The translations under genes were made by a program, and so were the position numbers. A stretch of 64,000 nucleotides of DNA. It comes from Ylistrum balloti (lineage: Eukaryota). The stretch spans positions 2,356,001 to 2,420,000 of the forward strand of contig NW_026782015.1 in NCBI RefSeq assembly GCF_031769215.1, read 5' to 3'. The notes under the pieces were generated by a model. It searched no databases, was not told the DNA's origin, and saw only the letters and a list, made by a program, of their open reading frames with translations. Every line of letters starts with the position of its first letter. Position 1 is the stretch's first letter. This document shows, piece after piece, positions 52,027 through 64,000 of the stretch.

Positions 52027-54245
52027 CTACAATATTCGTCAGCGAGGTTCAAGGATAATGCCCTTTTTCTTTCATACAGTTTACGGATATGTCTTGTAAA
52101 ACGTTGCAAATAGTGTTCAATATGACGTTAATCCAATTGTGATTTCATTCCGTTATGTATATTAGCTGATTACAATGCACGAAATTATCCACAGATGTAA
52201 TCACGACCACTATTAGTTTAATAACTGGCCATTCAAAGTGTAGATGAGCGAGATTTGAATATGTCCGCTCATCGTGATTTTGATCAATTGTGTCGCCATG
52301 ACGTTGTAAACCTGCCTTTTGAACTTACAGATAACATTTTCTCTTAAAACAATTCTTTAATTTTATCCCACAACTGGCGTTGACAATGTCGGATTACACC
52401 TGCCACATATAGTTTTGCTGCATTCGGCAGTGGCGGAAAACAGCTGTATTTTGGCACGTGCATTAATTCGATCGACATACTTTCTGAAATTACTCAAAAA
52501 TTACGTTTAACAATAAAAGTAACTGTTGAAGTAAGCTATTTCATATGTTTTAATGAACCAGATTATTTATGAAAATTGATAAAATCGCTGTTATATTCGT
52601 TGGAAGTTTGGAACTATATTTCTACGCGGAGCAATTATTTTGGCGTACGTCAACAGGCAAAATTCAGCGTAACGTCAACATCAGGTAAACAAAGATTGAA
52701 TTACAAAACTGTTGAAGTTGAACTCTGATATTTTCAGTCAATGTTACAGGATAAATAGAATATATGGTCAGTGTCTTAAAATATAAGCTGCATTTTTGCT
52801 CGGGACTGTGTCTTTCTTCACCCTACAGCTTATATCTTAAGTCGGTGACAGTGTACTTTCTATATCCGAGTCACTAGGAGTGTTTTGCAGTATGATATAA
52901 GAGATGTTTGTAGATTTACTAGTCTGTGACCTCAACTGCCTCTTATCAGACGTCGTCAATTCCTTACCGTCTTGTGTTGTCACATTTATCTAGTCTACAA
53001 CACGTTCAAGACTATATTAACACTTGTGATATGAATTTCTTCTAAATACACATACAATCTTCAAATGTAAAAGTTCCCATCATATACGATGTTAGAACAG
53101 ATGAGTAATCAGAGAGATGTCTCAAGCGTCACTTGAAAAAAAAGTCATATATGAGTCGGCGAGATATATGGTCAACTGAACGAATGTGTGGGAGGAAGGG
53201 CGGCAACATTTTAACTGTATTCTCTTGTAATTTGCTGTTTTAAATTGATATAACTCGTGGCGATAAAATGTTATGTTGTAAACTTTTAGTGTTATGGTGA
53301 GTCACACGAATTTTGTTCGTGGTTGTCATACCAACTCACATCAAAATTTGGATTGTTAACAACACATACCTGCAATAATGCGTCATTCGTTTTCGTCAGT
53401 GTAAAAGTTATTTATATGATGTCTTAATGTAACTGATTCGTTTAAATGAAATGTACATATATTAATAATAATAATGTTATGTAATTCTCGTTGATGGAAT
53501 GCTGCGATATTAGGTCATTCGAAATGTATTCGCTGTTGTCATATGTTTATTTGCTACCATTCAGTTTAAAATCTGTGAGAATAAATCTTCAATTTCTTAC
53601 AATCTGATTAAAGTAAGATCTTCGCACCGTTTTTTTTAACTGATTTGTCACGATCTTCAGCGCACTAGAACCAAACGGGAGCGATTCAAAGATTTAGATT
53701 TAATTAAATTACATTTTCTTATCTTCAGTTAATTTCAAATTTGATTTTAGAGTAAAGAAGGCATGCTAAAAGTTTATAAAACGTTCATTTTTTCCCCGAT
53801 ATAATCACGAGTATCAACAAGTGTTTTTAAAAAAATCGTCTCTTAATTTGCGAGATCTACTGAGTGGATGTGGTCATTCCATACGATAGTGAACCCGCCC
53901 TGTACGGCGGTTTTATATCTGTGTGTGGGCTCATCCACATCCATCTACATCACGTGATATCTGATTAGTGATTGCTTCGGGCAGTAATATTTTATATCAT
54001 GATGTACAACCTACAAGCAGTCTTTACACATTAAAACCCAGTAGAGTCATCAACTCAATATATCTACCATGCGTTTTTATCAAAATGGTAATAAAATTAT
54101 TTAAAAAAACCCATATACTGAAGAGTTTTTCGAAACAGTTGACGTGGATCGTTTGAGAAGGCCTTTACGTCCACTTTCAGATCTATTAATACCGTATATG
54201 TCCACGCTCCAAAAAGACATCAAATAATAAGATGAGATGAAGTCA

Positions 54246-57200
54246 GGAGACCTACAAACACCACGGTATGAAGTGTGGAGATATCAGAACACAAGATACA
54301 GCAGTATGGACTGTGGAGATATCAGAACACAAGATACAGTAGTATGGACTGTGGAGATATCAGAACACAAGATACAGCAGTATGAACTGTGGAGATATCA
54401 GAACACAAGGTATAGCAGTATGGACTGTGGAGATATCAGAACACAAGATACAGCAGTATGGACTGTGGAGATATCAGAACACAAGATACAGCAGTATGAA
54501 GTGTGGAGATATCAGAACACAAGATACAGTAGTATGAAGTGTGGAGATATCAGAACACAAGATACAGCAGTATGGACTGTGGAGATATCAGAACACAAGA
54601 TACAGCAGTATGGACTGTGGAGATATCAGAACACAAGACACAGTAGTATGGACTGTGGAGATATCAGAACACAAGATACAGCAGTATGGACTGTGGAGAT
54701 ATCAGAACACAAGATACAGCAGTATGAACTGTGGAGATATCAGAACACAAGATACAGCAGTATGGACTGTGGAGATATCAGAACACAAGATACAGCAGTA
54801 TGGACTGTGGAGATAACAGAACACAAGATACAGCAGTATGGACTGTGGAGATATCAGAACACAAGATGCAGCAGTATGAACTGTGGAGATATCAGAACAC
54901 AAGATACAGTAGTATGAAGTGTGGAGATATCAGAACACAAGACACAGTAGTATGGACTGTGGAGATATCAGAACACAAGATACAGCAGTATGGACTGTGG
55001 AGATATCAGAACACAAGATACAGCAGTATGGACTGTGGAGATATCAGAACACAAGATACAGCAGTATGGACTGTGGAGATATCAGAACACAAGATACAGC
55101 AGTATGGACTGTGGAGATATCAGAACACAAGATACAGCAGTATGGACTGTGGAGATATCAGAACACAAGATACAGCAGTATGGACTGTGGAGATATCAGA
55201 ACACAAGATACAGCAGTATGGACTGTGGAGATATCAGAACACAAGATACAGCAGTATGGACTGTGGAGATATCAGAACACAAGATACAGCAGTATGGACT
55301 GTGGAGATATCAGAACACAAGACACAGTAGTATGGACATCAGAACACAGATACAGCAGTATGGACTGTGGAGATATCAGAACACAAGATACAGCAGTATG
55401 GACTGTGGAGATATCAGAACACAAGATACAGCAGTATGGACTGTGGAGATATCAGAACACAAGATACAGCAGTATGGACTGTGGAGATATCAGAACACAA
55501 GATACAGCAGTATGAACTGTGGAGATATCAGAACACAAGATACAGCAGTATGAACTGTGGAGATATCAGAACACAAGATACAGCAGTATGGACTGTGGAG
55601 ATATCAGAACACAAGATACAGCAGTATGGACTGGCGATATCAGAACACAAGATACAGCAGTATGAACTGTGGAGATATCAGAACACAAGATACAGCAGTA
55701 TGGACTGTGGAGATATCAGAACACAAGATACAGCAGTATGAACTGTGGAGATATCAGAACACAAGATACAGCAGTATGAACTGTGGAGATATCAGAACAC
55801 AAGATACAGCAGTATGGACTGTGGAGATATCAGAACACAAGATACAGCAGTATGGACTGTGGAGATATCAGAACACAAGATACAGCAGTATGGACTGTGG
55901 AGATATCAGAACACAAGATACAGCAGTATGGACTGTGGAGATATCAGAACACAAGATACAGCAGTATGGACTGTGGAGATATCAGAACACAAGATACAGC
56001 AGTATGGACTGTGGAGATATCAGAACACAGCAGTATGGACTGTGGAGATATCAGAACACGAGATACAGCAGTATGGACTGTGGAGATATCAGAACACAAG
56101 ATACAGCAGTATGGACTGTGGAGATATCAGAACACAAGATACAGCAGTATGGACTGTGGAGATATCAGAACACAAGACACAGCAGTATGGACTGTGGAGA
56201 TATCAGAACACAAGATACAGCAGTATGGACTGTGGAGATATCAGAACACAGTATGGACTGTGGAGATATCAGAACACAAGATACAGCAGTATGGACTGTG
56301 GAGATATCAGAACACAAGATACAGCAGTATGGACTGTGGAGATATCAGAACACAAGATACAGCAGTATGGACTGTGGAGATATCAGAACACAAGATACAG
56401 CAGTATGGACTGTGGAGATATCAGAACACAAGATACAGCAGTATGAACTGTGGAGATATCAGAACACAAGACACAGTAGTATGGACTGTGGAGATATCAG
56501 AACACAAGACACAGTAGTATGGACTGTGGAGATATCAGAACACAAGATACAGCAGTATGGACTGTGGAGATATCAGAACACAAGATACAGCAGTATGGAC
56601 TGTGGAGATATCAGGACTGTGGAGATATCAGAACACAAGACACAGTAGTATGGACTGTGGAGATATCAGAACACAAGACACAGTAGTATGGACTGTGGAG
56701 ATATCAGAACACAAGACGCAGCAGTATGAACTGTGGAGATATCAGAACACAAGATACAGCAGTATGGACTGTGGAGATATCAGAACACAAGATACAGCAG
56801 TATGAACTGTGGAGATATCAGAACACAAGACACAGTAGTATGGACTGTGGAGATATCAGAACACAAGACACAGTAGTATGGACTGTGGAGATATCAGAAC
56901 ACAAGATACAGCAGTATGGACTGTGGAGATATCAGAACACAAGATACAGTAGTATGAAGTGTGGAGATATCAGAACACAAGATACAGCAGTATGGACTGT
57001 GGAGATGTCAGAACACAAGATACAGCAGTATGGACTGTGGAGATATCAGAACACAAGATACAGCAGTATGGACTGTGGAGATATCAGAACACAAGATACA
57101 GCAGTATGGACTGTGGAGATATCAGAACACAAGGTATAGCAGTATGGACTGTGGAGATATCAGAACACAAGATACAGCAGTATGGACTGTGGAGATATCA

Positions 57201-57471
57201 GAACACAAGATACAGCAGTATGGACTGTGGAGATATCAGAACACAAGATACAGCAGTATGGACTGTGGAGATATCAGAACACAAGATACAGCAGTATGGA
57301 CTGTGGAGATATCAGAACACAAGATACAGCAGTAATGACTGTGGAGATATCAGAACACAAGATACAGCAGTATGGACTGTGGAGATATCAGAACACAAGA
57401 TACAGCAGTATGGACTGTGGAGATATCAGAACACAAGATACAGCAGTATGAAGTGTGGAGATATCAGAACA
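54246..57471. repeat. 38-bp minisatellite, ~85 copies
   Basis: Unit ctgtggagatatcagaacacaagatacagcagtatgga. It produces the 38-aa-periodic ORFs in all three + frames. Confidence 0.98.
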
Positions 57472-58596
57472 TAATACAAGAAAGGAGGAGACAAAGGAAC
57501 AAAGATCAAATAATGAAACAAGACCACAAAGGAGAAGGCGACAAATGAACAAAAGAAACGCTAGCCCTTACCATAAGAACTGAGGGAACCATTAAGTATA
57601 CAATAGTATAACTAGAACAGAAAAGACATCAAACCAAGGCAATACTCAGCATACAACGATTGAATTTTTTTCAATGATTTCTTTTGAATGTACTTTCAAA
57701 CGATCATGTTTATATGATTCTTTTTAGAGGAAATTTTATCTGAATGTTTTTAAATATTTTTTTCCATATATCCTGCTCGAAAGACCATTGTGAAATTTAT
57801 TGATTTTTTCACAGTGTTAAGACTATGATAAAAACGTGGGGTAGCTGACCCTGTGGCGTTTGGTTACCATTCAGAGTTACTTTTATCATGTGACCTTACA
57901 CTACCACATCAATGATCTAATATTTGACCGAACTTTATTGTCAGTTGGTTTGATTAATGGAATGTATTTTTACATTAAGAAATTCTAAAAAGATATTCAA
58001 CAGTAGTAGTTTTGTGAATAAATTTACTTTTGTTGGCTGTAAAAAATTAGGATCACTGATATGTTTTTGCCAATATTGTCATTAGATCTTTCTTTATAAT
58101 GCTAATGAATACAGGTGTTAGCTAGTGCAGTTTTTTTAGGGCACGTCTATCATTTCAATTTTTACAACGAATTCCATACGTATCAAAATGTGTATTAAAC
58201 ACTTAAGAATGAATGTATTATATCTGTGTTGCACCTCTGCTTGAAAAAAAACCACAGAAATTATAAACAAATCTTGTATCGGTATACCAACAAAAATATT
58301 CAAATGTTAGTAAATCATATTAAATCTACGATCAAGGAATATATTATACTTTTCAGACCTTATTTTACACTCGCAAACAACCAGAATATATCGTTTTTAC
58401 CAACAAGCTGCCACCATAGATCAGTTAAAAACCCAAGTCATTTTCAGATATAGAAAAAAATACATGCAGGTGTGAATCTGTATTGTGTTATTCTTTTATC
58501 ATTTTTTCAAGATGGTAATTACTCTCAGCACGAATAAGAACGACAAAGAAGCATCAAATATGGGGAAAAATAGCATGCTGATAAAATGTCGGATAT

Positions 58597-58700
58597 CACA
58601 GCGGTAATATATCCGGCCTTTCACCTACCGGACGACCGTGGCTCGATCCCCCGATCGGACGTAAGAAGACATATGGTCACGTTCAAGGCCACCTTTTGCG
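58597..58700 (+). mobile_element. Decayed tRNA-derived SINE head
   Basis: A-box-like cagcggtaa, then gcctttcacct, B-box-like ggctcgatccc, and ggacgt..aagac.tatggtcac, resembling the remembered 5' end of bivalve V-type SINEs. Confidence 0.45.
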
Positions 58701-59110
58701 GGCTTCTGACGGAACAAACATCACTCGGATTAATACAAACGCATGTCTTGTTTAGCGGTTGTAAAATAAATGAAGTTGACATTTTCTATAAAGATTCTAC
58801 AGCTAAGGAAGATACAAATGTGAATTACGTTGTTTATTGACCGACAACACTCACCTGTGATCATACCCATTTTCATGCCAGAGAATACGAGAGAGTTCAA
58901 GTTTGACATGCAAACTCTGATTTGACTGGATGTGTTCAAATTACTTGGACATGGAATCGGTCCTGAATACAGTTCAAAATGTGTCATTACAAAGTTAGAA
59001 TCAAACAGTGGCACGGTTCAGAATATTCACATGTAATTGAATTTCTTCTGAAATTATCAGATACATGCACCTCCAAAATCTAAATTTCTTGCCGTCATTT
59101 TGGATATGTC

Positions 59111-59156
59111 CTTAGCTTCACTGACGAGTCCTAGAAGGACAAAACAGCTGTATGAT
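59111..59156 (+). ncRNA. Type-I hammerhead ribozyme motif (G12A variant, probably inactive)
   Basis: TCA-CTGACGA-GTCC-tagaa-GGAC-AAAAC-AGCT-GTA-TGA: catalytic core, 4-bp stem II, palindromic stem III (ACAGCTGT), GUA triplet and a 3-bp TCA/TGA stem I. The canonical GAAA reads AAAA. Confidence 0.6.
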
Positions 59157-59767
59157 ACAGTTTGATTCAATACTTGACTATAATTCTTAGTCTGTTGAAT
59201 AATGCGTTTCACTTATATATATATATATATATATTTACGATCTTTCTACAACGTGGGTCATATAAGTACTAAAAAAAACTTTATTACTGTGTTTGTATAC
59301 TTGCTACAACAAAGTCTGACATCAAAATTGACGACATTGTTGGCGCAAGCAAATATACAATTCAGCTGAGAAAATGAAAGTTTGCAATTGTGAAGTCTAC
59401 AGTCATTCTTGCTAATCTACTTCATTCTTGAATTTGTTAAAAGGACATGATAGACTTGTGATGGCATCGATTTCCTTATTGTGTACGGTATTGATAGCAA
59501 TAACAACATCCCCGCTTTTCCAATCTCCAGGGCTTACAAGCTGCAGTCAATTCGATTTCATAGTGCTTGTTCCAATTGTCCCGATTTCCATTGATCGACA
59601 ACTGACAAAATGGCTACATTTCTGCTTCCCAACCCATGGCGCTTACAAGTTGATTCGGTAATCAAAGACCTGTTTCAAGCATCACAATTTTCGACATTGC
59701 AAGTTGTCGACGATTGACTGATAAACACATAACACATATTCTAAAGCCTTCAGTTGGACGTGTTTAC

Positions 59768-60110
59768 TGCTCGTTAGTATGCCTGGTGGTTCTGTTGTTC
59801 ACCGATGGTGCAAAAGACCATTTCGGAACACAGCGTTTACTTTCATTGAATTTTGAAGTCATTCATACATATTTTTCGTGTTTAATGCTCGTTAGTATGC
59901 CTGGCGGTTCTGTTGTTCACCGATGGTGCAAAAGACCCTTTCGCACAGCGTTTACTTTCATTGAATTTTGAAGGCATTCATACAAATTTTTCGTGTTTAA
60001 TGCTCGTTAGTATGCCTGGTGGTTCTGTTGTTGTTAAGTTTGTCACCGATGGTGCAAAAGACCCTCTCTACTTTCATTGAATTTTTAAGCTATTCATATA
60101 AATATTTCGT
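59768..60110. repeat. ~115-118-bp tandem triplication
   Basis: tgctcgttagtatgcctggtggttctgttgttcaccgatggtgcaaaagacc.. starts at 59768, 59886 and 60001. Confidence 0.92.
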
Positions 60111-62204
60111 TCATATTTTCCCCTAAATTTATCGATTTTTAACTTTTGACATAGCGGTTAGAATGTCTGCATTTACGTTTTTGACTTGTGGTCTTGTATT
60201 GGTTTTTTGTTTGTTTGTTTGTTTGTTTATTTATTATTATTATCATCATTTCTTCTGTTTTTGGTGTAGATGTCTCTGTGTACTCTATAAATGGATGAAA
60301 GTGGTTCTGTGACCCATATCAAGGGTCAAAATTGTCCGTGAACAAAAAGTAGTGAATAGCTGAAATATAAGCAAAAAAGCTTATTATACCACCAGATGTA
60401 GTCACCTCTATTTGTAGGTTTAATGTGTAAATAGTAGAACACCCAGCGTCCTCTTTCAAAACAGCTGAATCTGCAACACATACATCACTACATTTGATGA
60501 ACTCCCATTAAAGCGATGTTTCCCACAACCTTTTCAAATTCAGTGAAGCGTGACACTCCCCCTTAGTCGAACAGCATGTACAAACGTTTCATATCGAGGG
60601 TTTGGTTGCACTGTACAACTTCAAATGGAGTGCGTCTTTAAACAGATAATCTGTTCATAGTACTGGCGGGGACAAGTTGTGTTCGACGGTTAAGACTTAT
60701 CATCACATATATTTCTGTTTTAAGGCTCTGTGTTTATAAGTTTCAAAAGATATGAAAGTGTTGCAGTAAGGCGAAGCATATTTTCTGTGCATTCGACTGT
60801 CCTGCTAGTATCCTGATCTTCAGGAATCTTCTTCTGAAATAGAGGGAAGATGTTGCATATTATCTTATATATACTAGATTTTAGATATTTTTTGATAATG
60901 TGCCTGCATTTAAAATAAAACACATTACACACTAAAAAAAGCCTATAAATACAGAGATTCAGTGAGTCATGCCGAGAAGCCTTAACAAACGCGTAAACAT
61001 GGCTACTCCAGCGACATATCACCCGACGTTTAAACTGACTTTTCTCTGGGCGTGATTGTTGCCATCTTGTGTCCGGTATCTTACTTGTCTGACTGAATGG
61101 TTACCCTTTATCCTTTCTGGGCCTCACTGACATGGCCTCGTGACCTTGAAGTATTCACTGAGCTAAACGCCAAATGGCGACGGTATTATTAAGGCTCGAT
61201 GATCTTTCATATGCCTCAAGCGAGATCAGTCGTTTCAGTAAAGGATTCCTCGTCGGTAACTGTCAACATCAAAGGTTGAAGATGTATATCGTACACAGCA
61301 AGCAGAAAAGACCTGGGGCTTGTCAACTATTAAATATCGCATCCCATCCGCCTTGATATGAATCTATGTTACATACGTTTACATATTAGAAAGTATGGTT
61401 AGCATGCTTCTACGTATTCAAAATGTCGTGTATTATTTTGTTCTAGGGTAATTTATTTTTTACATGTTCAATAAAATTTCAACAAGAGTAAACAAAATAA
61501 CTATTGTTCCGTTGATTTGCCATCATTTAGAATTTTATACGTACATGGATTTGATGTGTTTAACGGTGTATTTTTCATTAACTATCTATTTGATATAGGC
61601 TATGTGTGTTGGACTTCATTTAACTGAATACCTTGAAGTTTTCGGACATGGCTGTCATAGTTTAATTTTTTGTTGGTGATATCGCAAGCGTGAACATTTT
61701 ATGTCATTAACTGGACTGGTGATCTTGTTGACTTTAACACTACAATGAACAGTCATCAACACTTTTCATTGATCTGATGGCACACAGATCTCTGAGGATA
61801 TTTTTTAAATGGCCGCCGCCATGACCGTCAGAGACCATAGCAAAAATAGTTACTGAAATGTGGAAGGTCAACGGCATGACAAATTTCAAATACATTTTGT
61901 TTTTCAAATTTGTGATTACTAATCTCTGAACACAAGTTCTAAAATCTAAGAATTCCAAACATTTCCTTAAAACGATTTGTGTTCAAGTTTGTTAATCACT
62001 GGGAATCTCCTAATGTCAAATCATAATTGAGTCTCTTGTTTAGAAAAGTGGCACGGTTCAGAATATACACATGGATTTTAATGATAAATATTAAATTTAT
62101 TGAATTATTCAGCCTGTGCTGCATACAGATCTAGGTTTCTACTATTTTGTTTTCAATAACTTTGGATTTTCTTCAGTCGCCTCCTAGGTCTCAACATTTA
62201 AGCT

Positions 62205-62253
62205 CTTAGCATCACTGATGAGGTATGAAACAGTACATGTCGGCAATATGATG
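62205..62253 (+). ncRNA. Degenerate hammerhead ribozyme motif (stem II collapsed)
   Basis: cttagcatca-CTGATGA-G-gtat-GAAAC-agtacat-GTC shares CTTAGC(A/T)TCACTGA(T/C)GAG with the 59111 motif. The stem I partner TGATG is displaced to 62249-62253. Confidence 0.4.
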
Positions 62254-63752
62254 ACATCTATATACACCTGTCTACATCCTGATGACATCTATATACACCT
62301 GTCTACATCCTGATGACATCTATATACACCGGTCTACATCCTGGCAACACCTATATACACCGGTCTACATCCTGACGACATCTATATACACCGGTCTACA
62401 TCCTAACAACATCTATATACACCTGTCTACATCCTGATGACATCTATATACACCTGTCTACATCCTAACAACATCTATATACACCTGTCTACATCCTGAT
62501 GACATCTATATACACCTGTCTATATCATGACAACATCTATATATATCTGTCTACATCCTGACAACATCTCTATACACCTGTCTACATATTGATGACATCT
62601 ATATACACCTGTGTGTATCCTGGCAACATCTATATACATCTGTCTACATCCTGACAACATCTATATACACATGTATCATCCTTACAACATCTATATACAC
62701 CTGTCTACATCCTGACAACATCTATATACACCTGTCTATATCCAGTTGACATCTATATACACCTGTCTACATCCTGTTGACATCTATATACACCTGTCTA
62801 CATTCTGATGACATCTATATACACCTGTCTACATCCTGTTGACGTCTATATACACCTGTCTACATCCTGTTGACATCTATATACACCTGTCTACATGCTG
62901 TTGACATCTATATACACCTGTCTACATGCTGTTGACATCCATATACACCTGTCTACATCCTGTTGACATCCATATACACCTGTCTACATCCTGTTGACAT
63001 CCATATACACCTGTCTACATCCTGTTGACATCTATATACACCTGTCTACATCCTGTTGAGATCTATATACACCTGTCTACATGCTGTTGACATCTATATA
63101 CACCTGTCTACATCCTGTTGACATCTATATACACCTGTCTACATCCTGTTGACATCTATATACACCTGTCTACATGCTGTTGACATTTATATACACCGGT
63201 CTACATCATGATGACATCTATATACACCTGTCTACATCCTGTTGAGATCTATATACACCTGTCTACATCCTGTTGACATCTATATACACCTGTCTACATC
63301 CTGTTGAGATCTATATACACCTGTCTACATGCTGTTGACATCTATATACACCTGTCTACATCCTGTTGAGATCTATATACACCTGTCTACATCCTGTTGA
63401 CATCTATATACACCTGTCTACATGCTGTTGACATTTATATACACCGGTCTACATCATGATGACATCTATATACACCTGTCTACATCCTGTTGACATTTAT
63501 ATACACCGGTCTACATCATGATGACATCTATATACACCTGTCTACATCCTGTTGAGATCTATATACACCTGTCTACATCCTGTTGACATCTATATACACC
63601 TGTCTACATCCTGTTGAGATCTATATACACCTGTCTACATGCTGTTGACATCTATATACACCTGTCTACATCCTGTTGACATCTATATACACCTGTCTAC
63701 ATGCTGTTGACATCTATATACACCTATCTACATGCTGTTGACATCTCTCCAC
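62250..63752. repeat. 31-bp minisatellite, ~48 copies
   Basis: Unit ctatatacacctgtctacatcctgttgacat. The leftmost units carry cctgatgac. Confidence 0.97.
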
Positions 63753-64000
63753 ACCTTTATATTGTTTTTATAAAGTGTGATACTAGAAATAACGATAACG
63801 ACAAAGTTAATGGGTACATACTGAATGACTTTGGATTGAAATGTTCCAGTTAACCGATTCGTTCATATCTGTGACGTTAGTTAGTCCAACTATACCTGAA
63901 AGATCCGAGGTAGTCACAGATCTCAAGGCAAAAAAAAATTGTTTGTTGAGCTCGCAACTTTGTAAACTATTTTAACGATTTATCTTTCTTTTAATTTATC

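Noticed and set aside
54118-54143. Third hammerhead-like string CTGAAGAG-TTTTT-CGAAAC-AGTT-GAC
   Set aside because: It has only a 1-bp stem II, GAC instead of GUH, and no proper stem I. Kept only as a weak supporting note.
54237-57474. Many overlapping 38-aa-periodic ORFs
   Set aside because: A stop-free 38-bp unit opens all three + frames; indels shift frame freely, so no frame is maintained.

Overview
This is AT-rich eukaryotic genomic DNA with spliceosomal introns, not prokaryotic. The repeat families suggest a bivalve mollusc (inference). One complete gene is well supported: a 10-exon UBAC1/KPC2 orthologue on + (23049-36319, 541 aa, all splice phases compatible) with a ~147-aa Ser-rich C-terminal extension. 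A large coding exon of an unidentified gene lies on - (5344-5956), possibly transcribed divergently from the UBAC1 promoter. About a fifth of the window is made of ~12 unrelated tandem arrays with 19-118 bp units; several have internal palindromes or one bZIP site per unit. Mobile DNA includes an internally deleted Crypton in UBAC1 intron 6, an IS3EU-like MITE, a 34-bp TIR-only element with a 7-bp TSD, HINE/pearl-like fragments, decayed Penelope-like RT fragments and a tRNA-derived SINE head. The most interesting signal is two degenerate type-I hammerhead ribozyme motifs (59.1 and 62.2 kb), each preceded by the same 27-bp box; the second sits directly at the start of a minisatellite. Family names come from remembered consensus motifs, not database searches. 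No CRISPR array, rRNA or intact tRNA was found.
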